Shown one piece after another: positions 50,090-62,059 of a stretch of 64,000 bases of DNA (the first letter of the stretch is position 1; each line of letters opens with the position of its first letter). The DNA comes from Asterias rubens. Its lineage: Eukaryota. The stretch covers positions 14,198,001 through 14,262,000 of the forward strand of contig NC_047074.1 of the NCBI RefSeq assembly GCF_902459465.1, given 5' to 3'. The translations under genes were made by a program, and so were the position numbers. Below the pieces are notes generated by a model. It ran no database searches. It saw only the letters and a list, made by a program, of their open reading frames with translations, and was not told the DNA's origin.

Positions 50090-51377
50090 TTTGACTACAA
50101 TTTACAAATGCATTCACAAAATGAAGTTTACCTGCCAATTGATTTTTAGTCAAAACAATTCATTGCTTTCACATGACTACGTGCCTTTTGCACATGACTC
50201 GTCTGAGCGCAGACTCGACAACTTCAATCAATCATTCGTGTTCGAACTATGTGCTCCAGACTACTTTGTGTCAGGCATTTCCTGGTGACCCTTGAACCTT
50301 ATTGTTTTCTCGTTGGCCACGCCCACTTTAAACATTCTACCAATAAGGTTTGATCTGGGTCCAATTTCACAAAGCTGTTTAGCAGAAAACACTGCCTGGC
50401 AAATTTATTTGCTAAGCAAAATTAGATGACTGCGCTATATAAGAAGACTTCGATGTTATTATTGGGGTAGGCCTGTCAGTTGTATTGTAGTGTTAACTTT
50501 ATGGAAAGTCAGGTGGTAGGCCTACACTGCTAAGCACGATTTGTCTGTGTTTAGCAATTTTATGAAACAATTGGGCTCAGTTCTCTTTCAGGGGCACGAT
50601 TAGAACTCAATTACTTGGACTTTGAAGACAGGTAAATGAGACAAAAACTGTTATTTTCTTTTTCAATAAACGATTTAATTCATTGAGCTCAAAGAAAAAC
50701 AGAGTGTACAAAACAGACAAACAGAATTCACGTTCAAAAGTCTATCTCGATCAATTTCCATACTGTTATAATTCAAATTCCTTGATTTTTGTTAATAACG
50801 TTAAATATATGGATTGGTGTTTCTTGTAACTATATTTTAACTCATATCCTGCTGTAATAATTAAGCGTTTTTTTTGTCAAAGAATTTTGTGAAGTTAACA
50901 AAATTGGTTTTAATGAAGAAAAAAAAAACCTTGTTCGTGAGTGTGCTAGCGGTTTGAGATAGCGCCCTCTATTGGTAATTGTTTGTTGGCGGTATTAGAG
51001 TAAGTCTATGTATAGTGTGGATCGTTGAATAAACAACCGGAAGGTCTTCAACCAAATCTAATCCTAATATTGTTTTATTGCCAAGTAAAGGGAAGTAAGT
51101 GACAATCATGAAATGGTGCAGTTTAGGAACTGACTTATTTTGTTTGATTGGTTCACTTGAGCCTGTAAAACATTATTTTTTATGTAGCCCTATTACAGGA
51201 TATACACAAGAATTGTCTCCTTATTTGTCAAAATTGAGTAAAACTTACTTTTAAAAAAGCGAATAACATTATAAAAAGCTAACAATAATACTCAACGTCA
51301 CGCTAAAGATGAGAATGCCAAGAGAATCCCCTTTGCGGCCCTTTGTGTAGGCATATAGTGAATGACTCAACAGTTTC

Positions 51378-54300
51378 TTAATGAGCTTTCTTGTGGAGCA
51401 CTTTCAACCACTTGAAGAACTTCACCAATGTTCCTTTCGATCCTGGTATCTCCCGTCCAATCTCAGGGGTTGGTTCGGGTGACGTCACGGGAATCAGTCC
51501 GCCGTTGTCGATCCGCACGCGGACGGTCGGTTGTGTTGGTTCAGGTGGCGTCACGGGAACTAATCCGCCATTATCAATTCTGACGCGGACGGTCGGTTTT
51601 GAGTGGCTGTGTTTTCTATGGTGGTGGTGGTGCTTCTTTGTTGGCCGGGAATCGACCACATCACCCCTGTGCTCTGATTGGCTATAGTGACGGCTGTTCT
51701 CCACATTGATTGGCCAAACGTCTGGAGTGACGTCACGTGCATGCCGGTCATGAGACTTGAGAAGGGAAACTCCAAGCAGAACCAGTTTCAGTTTGAGCTG
51801 TGTGTTTGTCTTCGTGTCGAACACTGTGTCTATAAAATGTCCTTTGTATACCTAATGCAAACGGGAAAAAAGGAACAGAAAGGTCATAATAATGAAGTCT
51901 CGGGCCAATGCCACCACGGAGAAACTCTATTCAGGCAACCAGTTCCAGGCTGAAGTCCCCTCGCTGATCAAAACGAGTATCTCGACCATTTTTGAATCTC
52001 GAAAAGATCGCATTTCAGGCAACTTTTTGACATCCAGATTTCAGTGGTGTCCGTTTGTGATTATTGAAGCCACATAGATGCGGTTGGTATCCGCTGAGTG
52101 TCAACTTGCTACACGTGAATGATTCGACTTTTTATATGAAAATATCGCGACAGGTTTTACTCAACAAGCACAATTTTCAGCTCAAATTTTCACTGACTCA
52201 ATATTAATTTACCATATCAGTATTACATTGACAAAAAACAATAATCTATGACCTTATCTTTAAGATACAAAACAGCAAAGATATGACCTTTATAAGAGCC
52301 ATAAACATTATCAAAATAGGGGGCCTTGTTGTTAATCAGTTGTATACTGACATTTGAGCAAAGGTTGCTGTGAGTTTTAGCCTTGCTTAAAAACACTAAA
52401 TCATTAGATTACATCCTTCGGGTGGAATCGGTCATCGAACTTGCGAGATAATAATGAAAGAAAAAAACTCACCCTTGTCACACGAAGTTGTGTGCGTTCA
52501 GATGGTTGATTTCGAGACCTCAAGTTCCAAATCTGAGGTCTCGAAATCAAATTCGTGGAAAATTACGTCTTTCTCGAAAACTATGGCACTTCAGAGGGAG
52601 CCGTTTCTCACAATGTTTTATACCATCAACCTTTCCCCATTACTCATCACCAAGTAAGGTTTTATGCTAATAATTATTTTGAGTAATTACCAATAGTGTC
52701 CACTGCCTTTAAAGCAAATAATTAAGTTTTGTGATTTACCTTCAAAATTTGAAGAGCTTTAAGAATAAGACTCAACTCTAGTTCTTTCAAGTCGACATCC
52801 AAAACAATAACTGTTTTCACGTCCTGAAATAAACAAAACATAGAGACATGCAGTTAATAAGTAGCTTTATTTAGTTGCTTATTGGACGACCTCCTGGGGT
52901 TCAGACCTCGTGGGGTTATTTGAAACGTTTAATAATCAGGGAGTATTGATGAAGAGGGGAGGGGGGAGGAGTGGGAGGAGGAGGAGGAGGGGGAAGGGAG
53001 GAAAACAACAACAGCAACAAAGAAGAGGAAGAAGCCTTTATGCATAGTGGGGTTTGAGGCGTTGCATGGTGAGGTATCAATTTAGTTTGCGGTAACACCA
53101 TGTGTGTGTCTACTCGCCAGGTAGGGTGTTGTTCTTTAGAGAACTGTCTTGCTTGATTCTACCGCGGAGTAGCGAATTCGGGAGACTTTTCAGTTCTGAA
53201 AAGAACTGTCCTTTATGCATTTTATTGTCTAATGTTATAATAACAATATATCAGCACTCGGCAACTTACCTGTAAAATGTGGATGGCTTTTAGGAGCAAA
53301 GTGAGTTTCAAATCGGCAACCAGGTGACCAGCAAAATGTGACGTCAATTTTTTGTCCTGTAATTAAAAAAATTATGTTTATTATTCAAATTCAGACTTTT
53401 AAATTTATTTAAACACTAGTAACAAACCCTTTTAAATAAAAAAAACGAAGAAGGGAACAGATAAATTGATTTTGTAAATGACAATTAAATTTCTTTAAAA
53501 CTTACTTTTAGTAGCAAGATGGCTTTGAGAATCAATTTGAATTTGAGTTCCTCCGTCATCTCACCGTGGCGAGGTAGCATTCTATGGACTTCATCTTTCT
53601 TTGAGGTCTAGAAATTTTAAATAACCAAAAAAGCAATAATTTTTTAGACAGAATATAAATGACACTTTTATAGAGTGTGTCAAAAACATTAAGCAAGTAA
53701 CTTTGTTAGCAGGTTTCCTCCGTCTTACGAGCTACAGTGATTAAAGGAACTGGACACTATAGGTAATTACTTTATATAATGTCATTGATAATATTGAAGT
53801 CTTATATATAGCGCACTCAAAATAACTGTTGCATAAAAAACTTACTTGGTAACGAGCAAAGGAGAGCTGTTGATTTTTGATAGTAAGTATAAAACATTGT
53901 GAGAAACGGCTCCCTCTGAAGTAACATAGTTTTTTTTAGAAATAGGTAAGTTCTCACTCACTTAATATTAAGTATCTGGAGTACACAAAGTAATGCAACA
54001 AGGTTTTTTTCTGTCATTATTCTCTTGCAAATTCGATGAACATTTGAGCGCAAGTGTTCACTGGTTTGTTATTTTATGCATATTTTGGGATACACTGAAG
54101 TGAGAATATTGGTCTTTGGCAATTACCGAACGAGCCTGTTCACTACATAAATGACACAGAATATTTCTTTTCGTACCTTCAATAACTCCAAGGCCTTCAA
54201 GATTAACTCTAACTTGAGATCATCACGCATCGAGTCGGGAAACAGACCGTCAACATCTATCATCTCATCTCCATCCGTAGGCAGCTGAAAAAAAAATGTA

Positions 54301-54880
54301 AAGTCTATGTTACCAAAACGAGGCTGGGAGGTAAATCGTCTGGGACTCTGTAATGAGTAATAGCAGCTTGGAAGTAATTCAGAAACGTAAATTTATTGAG
54401 CTACTAGTGACTCTTTACAATAGATGGTCTGATATCTTGGACAACAAAAAAATTGCAGATCACGACAAAGACAAAGGACAAATTCTCAATTAACCGCTCC
54501 AGATTTTCGGTAATATCTTAAAGACGGTACCTCTTGAACTGAAATATTTACAATATTGTAGATCCACTAAAATATTGTGAAAGATTAAATAAATCGAGCG
54601 GTCCCAAAACAAAATGTAGGCTTGCCTTTAAGCTGGCGTTTGTGCACGTGGCCTATTCAGGATAAATAAATAAAACAAGTCTACTTACAATAGCGACACT
54701 TTCTGAAGACATGATTTCATCTTCATAGTCAGGGATGCTTTCCGTGGCGTTCATCATAGCATCTTCTCCTCCATGGTCCTTCCCTCCGAAGATGTTGGTT
54801 AAGAACATCACGCATCCTCCAGTTGCGATGACAACCACCAAGACCACAACCACGACCAAAAGAAGTATCTTACAACTCAT
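51378..54880 (-). CDS. Orphan secreted protein, 319 aa, with four exon-encoded Leu/Lys helices, a His tract, a 21-aa repeat and a cationic amphipathic C-terminus
   Basis: Exons 54880-54689, 54284-54177, 53607-53506, 52823-52740, 51851-51378; all introns phase 0 with canonical sites; 960 nt. Hydrophobic N-terminus MSCKILLLVVVVVLVVVIATGG. TATATAAA upstream. The internal repeat differs mostly at synonymous sites. Confidence 0.85.
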
Positions 54881-55056
54881 TATTAAGAGAAACTTATTCT
54901 TTGTATTATACACAAATTTATCTAAAACTAAAAAGTCTTACACAACTTCTGGAACTTTTTTTTAGTGCACCGAGGTTCTCGAAATAATGCTGTTGCTTGG
55001 AGTAAATTTTTCTGGAGCTGGAAAAATTGTGTTTGACTCTCTCTAGCAAACCTCAG

Positions 55057-55064
55057 TTTATATA
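55057..55064 (-). promoter_or_regulatory. TATA box of the minus-strand orphan secreted gene
   Basis: TATATAAA on the minus strand ~180 nt upstream of the ATG at 54880. Confidence 0.65.
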
Positions 55065-57842
55065 GTATTTACCTTGCTAGGTATTTTAGGTTGGGTTTTA
55101 TGAGTTTTTAGTTAATTTTGGGATAAGTTTGTTGTGAGACGGCCCACGCACGGCACTCCTTGACCGTGATGGTTTACATCCATGCTACCGTTTCCTGGGT
55201 CGATGAAACGGTATTCCGAGCAGCGCTGCATGGTGCCTGGGTTTGCTTGACGCACCGGTGTTATTTTAGACGACTCAGCGGACCCTGGTATGTAATTCCT
55301 GGGTTGGTTTTTGCAATTCATGCTTTTGTATCGTCTTCAGTTGTTAAAAAAAACAAAAAAAACAAACAAAAACATCGTGTGGCCATGGACACTCCATTTA
55401 TCTTTGATCTGTTTATATTATTATTAAAAAAAGATAATGACACACATTTGGTAACAACACAGACAATTACCATTTGGGGAGTGGACGGGACAAACCCAAA
55501 TCTTCAACAAATGGGCCCAATCTACTGAAAACACTCTTATTAAAGGTTTTTAGACTGACATTCACTCTCAAATCGAATGAAATTCATGGACAAATCATCT
55601 ACAGGTTGTCAACAGTAGCTACTTTCACTGACTCGACTCCAGTGATTTGCAGACTTAAAAGAAAGAATTGTTATAGATAATAATTATTAGGCCCAACACA
55701 AAGTACATTGGGCTTACAGATAAAGTATTTGTAATTCAAGGGCGGTTTTCCACAAAGTCCATCTTTCTATCCCATGTAAACTGTGTGCAAATTGGTTAAC
55801 TTTTATATTATTTCCAATATTTTGCACGTGCACCCTTCTTTACATTCTTCTCGTTTGTAACTGGCCCAGACCAGTTATAGCGGCCATTGCAATGAAGTTG
55901 TCATTGTGGCGCAATAACAATCCCGTCCAAAATGATTGGGCCACCTGACAATAATAATTATACTCCCCACAGATGTTGTTTTCATCTTATAGTTCTTTAT
56001 TAATGATTCCTTTCCCATTTTATGGTTTGATTAACAGGGATTTAATGAGTCACAGTGGTTTGGTTCCCTGTTAAGAATCTTGACCATTTTAGAATGAGTT
56101 TGTCTTGTCATCATGGACCAATTTCGTGGAGCTGCTCACCAGCCAGACTATCATATCACGTACAATTTGTAGCTGGTATCCTGCTAGTTTCTGCTTGCCA
56201 GACAATTGTTAAGCGATATTTTTCGCTTAAGCGACTTCATGAAATTTGGCCCTGATTCAAACAATGTTCTAGCGAGACCCAATTTCACAAAGCTGTTGTT
56301 AACAGAAAATACCGCTTAGCAAACTTCTCTGCTAATCCAGAAAGTAGTGGGCGCCCCAATGTAGTTTTGCCTGGTAAACTGTTTCTTTTAAGCAACACTT
56401 TTATGTGCCTACAGACTTTGTGAAGTGGGGCCTTGCAGGGTTGTAGACAAACCTAATTGTTGTAGTTGGGACAGAAACTCAACTTGGGCGGTGAATATAA
56501 GTCACTGACTCATATCAAAACACACTATAGACAATGATTGTAGAAATGGGAAAGTTCGGATATGCGTTGTAGACAGGAAATGTTGATTTTAGTCATTCCT
56601 ATTCATGGTGTATGTTCCTTAGAGGATGACTTCATTAGGATCTATCGGTTGGATATTATATTATTGGATTTCCAAATCAATTATTAGATATCGATCGGGC
56701 ATGCCAAATGACGATAGAAATGACCAGGTTGGGCTTGAAACCCGACCAATTTGACTTCACAATTATTGAAATGGGGTTTTTGCGCTTGAATGGTATACCT
56801 TTGGTAATTACTACAAAACAATAATGGCCAGAACAACTGACTTGGTACGAAGCTATTGACAATGTATAACATTTTGAGAAAGAATTGCGATTTTCAGATG
56901 GAGGATTTTAAAAGCATTTCAATCTGAGAAACATCAGATGTTGACAAACTCCATTTTACGGATTACTCTTCCTGCGTGGACATCACCGCCACGACTCTGC
57001 GGTGACGTCTTAAAACGCTACCGCCACATTTAAAATTAATTTTTTGCAGTTTAATTTAAGTATATATTTACTTCGTTTATTTATGATTGAAATGATCGAC
57101 CAATTAAAAAAAAATGAAGGCACGCCTATACTTAGTCTTTAAGGAACTATGGACCAAGCTACCATGCAAGGTTCAAATGATAGGCCTATAACTGAAACCA
57201 CCGGTGCCAAACGATAAGTTTTCGGGGGGGGGGGCACAAGAAGGTGCACCGTATTTTTCGTGGGGTGGGGGGGGGGAGACTTCTACAACCTACCAATTAA
57301 ACGGTTGTTTCCGTTCACTTATTTGTTATACATGATATAATATGACCCGAGTGTCTAAACCGATTGGAGCTGAACATATGGGGTGTGGTATTAGACGTAT
57401 ACGCCCTAAGCCAATTCCCCATCATCGATGATCAGAGGTGATAGGGAATATGATTTGTTCATAATTTCCAACAGTGACAACTGCAAAAGACTACTGTTGC
57501 AGTAGCTACAGATATTGAATACAATCAGTTTAAACACAAATTGGCACAAAACACACCACTTTCAAAACATCAGTTTCGGTGAACCCCGGAAAAGTACAAA
57601 ATGGACTCGGTATACAGAAGGGATGTTCGCCTCGTAGACAAGGAACCGACACAGGAAATCTGTCACACTTTTAAAACAATAGAATCTTTACCTGTCAGTT
57701 AAAATGGCATACGTGCAGTAACATAAGTAGGTCGGACAACTCCTCCTTCAAAAAAATTTGTGTCCAGAACTAAAACTAAAACCATTAATCTAACGTCCAG
57801 GACCCGTTTCCTCATCGGAAGTGCGCACCCTCCCGAGGATTG

Positions 57843-57850
57843 TATATAAA
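57843..57850 (+). promoter_or_regulatory. TATA box of the plus-strand orphan secreted gene
   Basis: TATATAAA, followed ~25 nt later by an Inr-like TCAGATT; ATG at 57979. Confidence 0.7.
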
Positions 57851-57978
57851 GAGGAACCAATCAACATATTCATCAGATTTGTTTTCTGGTGGGTCGTTCT
57901 TGATTTCCGAACCAAAAAAAATTAGCTCTTCAACAGTTTGACTGATTTGGAGCTTGTCCGAGAGACTGGGTTTCAACC

Positions 57979-59622
57979 ATGAATCACGGGTCATTCTTAG
58001 CGGTGTTTCTGCTCCTTGCGTCGGTATCTTACCTCGCCAATGGGGACCGCTGGAACCAGGAGTCACAACAGCCACTCACAGACTGGCAGGTTAGCCTACT
58101 TGCCCAAGATCTGGTAAGTTTTATTTTGAAATATAAACAAAATAAATTCGTCTCTTCTGGAAAGTATTCGGAGCAAGTTTTCTTTTTACGGGACACGTTG
58201 GGTAATTTTTATAAGACCGGTATTCTTGGTGTATTTTTTGTTTTGTTTCATTGGTCATCTAAATTTGCAAGAGAATAATGCAAGAAAAAAACCACCCTTG
58301 TTGCACAAAAATCGTGCAAAGTTACCCCTTTCTCAGCAATTTTACTTCAGAGGGAGCCGTTTCTCACAATGTTTTATATTATCAACGGCTCCCCGTTGCT
58401 CATTATCAAGTAAGTTAATTATGCTAATACTTTGAGCAATTACCAAACGTGTTCTGTGCCTTAATTTAGATTTGTGTCAGGATTTAGACGTTTTTGTGGG
58501 ATGGGGGTTTGCTGAGTGGTTTCCTCCCTGCCATTCGCTTTGTGCGACCCTGGTTCGATTGCCAGACTGAAACTTTGCATGTGGATTGGGGTTTTAGTCT
58601 GTTGGCCTAACTAGTTGTTTTCCTCCCACGTCTAAAACCAAAATTTCATAAACTTGTCTTCTTAACAAAAGTTGGTGTGATGTTTCCATTAGTATACTTT
58701 TCCTTCATATTCAGCTTCGAATCGATTTTTTTATTCACTTGGAGGGTGGTGTTTGGGTGGGGGGGGGGGGGGGTGATGGGCCAGAGTGAATGAACGATCG
58801 GATCCAGTAAATAACTGCCACCTCTCGAAATCTTAAAAACATTATTATACCCGTAGAAACTCTGGCTTAATTACTCGGGTGGGATTCCAACCCAAGACCT
58901 TTGCCATTATAGAGCTGATGTCTTACCAACATAGACTACTGTCATTGCCCAGTAGCTATAGATGCAGTTCGAATCCTATATGTTAGCAGCAGGTATTGCA
59001 TCATTTCAAAAGATTTTAAATTTGCATCGTGATAAAGAATGGGTTAGTTTGACCATAGAGGTAGAAATACCATGGTTATACTGTTACACCGATGTGTATA
59101 AGCACTACATACTAAGTACTTTTACAAGTTCTGTGGACAAAAATCACACAGACATATTTACTCGTGTGGGTGGAGTTTCGCTGCCCATGTCTCATGTTTG
59201 TAAATATTCTGTTTTCCATGTAGCCGGACGAGCTACGTACACTCTATGAGCAGATAATTGATCCCAACGTGGATGAGATCAACAAAGAAAACTACATCTG
59301 GCGAAGCTTTGAGCTCCTCAAATACAGGAAGTACAGACGTTATAGTTGGTTCTACTACTGGCTTCTCGACATCAGTGGGTCCGACCAGCAGCAACTCGGC
59401 AGGCAAACTCCAAAAGGACAAGGGGGACGCACACCACCGAACATCGGGGGATACACTCCAGGCGGACGTACTCCGCCAAACATGGGGGGACACACTCCAG
59501 GGGGACGCACACCGCCGAATCTCGGGGGACGCACGCCCGGTGGACGCACTCCAAAACGCGGCGGACAGAGACCACGACAGAGACAAAGACATGGAAAAGG
59601 TCACGGACGCAATATTGTATAG
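57979..59622 (+). CDS. Orphan secreted Gly/Arg/Thr/Pro-repeat protein, ~177 aa (2 exons)
   Basis: Exon 1 57979-58113 (signal peptide MNHGSFLAVFLLLASVSYLANG; donor CTG|gtaagt, alternative CAG|gttagc at 58089). Exon 2 59224-59622 (acceptor ttttccatgtag); only the phase-0 frame is open from this acceptor. Repeat codons vary at wobble positions (CGC/CGT, ACA/ACT/ACG, CCA/CCG/CCC, AAC/AAT). TATATAAA at 57843, AATAAA at 59752. Confidence 0.82.
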
Positions 59623-62059
59623 ATGAACAGTCGTAAACGGTTATCCATTAAAACAAATTTGAATACCATGCCCAATGTGTGGCAGTGGGTACCCCCTCCA
59701 ACCCACGCAATTTATGCTTAGATGAACAGTCGTAAACTGTTATCCATTTAAAATAAAGTTATAAGCTAGAGGACTTCCTGCCCCGAAATGTTCCCATAAA
59801 ACACTCTTGTCCTCAATGAAGACAAACTAGGGGTTCACCTAACCCTATATAGGACTCTTCCTATGTACTGTAGTGGGGACCCTGCCTCATGTTGAGCACT
59901 ACATGTAGATTCAGCAATACCAAAAGATTAATGAATCATAAGGGTAAACTAAAAACCTGAATAAAACTGTATAAGACAAGCTTTCACTTCACAAAAAATA
60001 AAACAAGTTCTTTCTGGAAGCAAGAGGACAAGCTACATATAAAAACACAAATAAATTTTAGAATCCTCGCATTTGCTAAACTTTAGAAACGCCTCTGTCA
60101 TTTCACACTTTGCCAGTGATCAACATTTGCACACCTGAAGTATTAATAAGCATAAACAGATTCAGAAATTAAATTCAACTGTAGTGGAAGAAAATGTTTA
60201 GTTTTTATTTTAATTTTTAATAAAACAAAGAGAACAAACAAGAAGAAACAGTGATTTGTGTGTGTATTTCGTTTATTTAAACTCACAGCTTTTAATATAA
60301 TGTGAATATGACTGACAGGTACAATGATACTTTTTTATCTGATCACTTAACAAAACAGGTGGGTCAGAACAGAAATAATGACACCCACCCCCAATCTGCC
60401 CTGCCCCATCCAACCCACACCCGCCCCGCCCCATCCCATCCCCAGATAGTGAATATTGATAACATTAAGGTAAAACCAAGCAAAGCAAAAACAGTTCAGA
60501 AGTGTCGCATCAACATCTTATTGGCCAATATTTAATATTTTGAAGCCATTTTAAACTATCTATGTTAAAACTTGGCAGTTGTTAAGTGTTCTTTATTTAC
60601 TTTCATTTCAACTTTTTTTTTTAGTATGGGAAACTGTTAAAAAATGTCTACAAAACGTCCCAACTTTGTGATAAATAGTCTAGGTAACTTGAAAAGTAAT
60701 CCAATTGCAGCCCAAACTGGGCTAAACATGGATAAACATGGATCTGGGTTAAACTGGGATATGAAGTGAATTATGAAGCAGGTATGACAGGAGAATCTGT
60801 TCTCCCCCCCCCCTCAAATGGCAAACTGTGTACAAACTTCTTCTGATAGCGCCCTCTTTTGATTCATCCTCCTTCAGCCAATGTTAATTCCCATATGGGG
60901 GACAGAAACTCCAGGGTCGGGTTTCCCTTTGACACCGCTAGTCAGATAGATTAGGTGACAAAAAGTAGAAAATAAAAATTTCAACAGCCAAAGTTAAGTA
61001 ACGACCATATAGTTAGCATCGGTAACATTGGCCAAGCATATTCTGACTCGCAGAAGGAGAATAATTTGTTCTCATTTGAAAATGTGTACATGAAAATTGA
61101 CTCCGAAATGGAATAAAAAGAAGGAAGTACACATCTTTAAATTCAAACAGGAAATTGGTTGACTATAAAACATCCAATTAGACAGAATCGGTCTTTGGAA
61201 AGCTGACATCAGTATAATATGGAGTATTTATAGTCATCAATGCTGTGTTTAATCTATTGATTATAATAATGGGCGATCAAACGATTATCCTCAATTTACA
61301 TCAAACTTCATCAATTCTATTCTTGTTAAGATAATTGCAAGCCCAACTTATCCCCCCCCTCTGTCTTCTACAGAAATTCTATTAATAAGAAAAAATGAAG
61401 ACGTCAAATGTCTTACGCCTTATCCTTCCATTCGCAGATGAAGCACACAAATACATGCAGAAGCACAAATTCTTGTAATAAGCCTATTCAGAGTTCCAGC
61501 TGCGCATGTCTGTTACTGCTGACAACGCAATTTGTTGCTCTCCCGTGACCTTTTGATAATACCAGCGAGTATTGTCAAAAGGTCACTCGAGAGCAAAAAA
61601 TTGCATAATCAGCAGTAACAGACATGCACAGCTGGAACTCCAAATAGGCTTATGCTTAGCAGAACAGGTTACCAGCCAAACCACCATGTAAAGTATACTG
61701 TATGTGACTGGTTCCCTGCTCATGGTTTTGCGAAGCAGTTTCCTGATACTAGTCCCAAGGCCCAATTTCATAAACCCTGCAAGCATACAAATATATGCTT
61801 AGATAAGCTAAACTCTGTCTTAACAGAAACAGGTTACCAGCCAACGTTCCATGAATGTTAAAATTAGGGGGGCACTGGTGCCCCACAATTGTTTTGCTAA
61901 GCAAAGAACTGTGCTGAGCAGCATTTTCTGCTTAAGCAGCTCTTTGAAATTGCTCAGCTTGTTTCTGGATCATCATCCGATGTAGAAAATGTCACTGTAA
62001 TATACGTCATCCCCCTATTCCCCCGCCAATCTCTGCCACGATCTTGAGAAGTTATCGTC

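Noticed and set aside
55160-55528. 122-aa plus-strand ORF between the orphan genes
   Set aside because: It has no signal peptide or motif, runs through poly-A tracts, and lies in the proximal promoter of the minus-strand gene.
59400-59560. Fragment of an SPT5 (SUPT5H) gene because of the GGRTP repeats
   Set aside because: No NGN/KOW exons are nearby and the exon joins a signal-peptide exon with its own TATA box; kept only as a motif resemblance.
59258-59636. Overlapping ORFs in several frames on both strands (59233-59636)
   Set aside because: They follow from the GC-rich, stop-poor repeat. Only the 59224 phase-0 frame is open from the acceptor and shows wobble-position variation.
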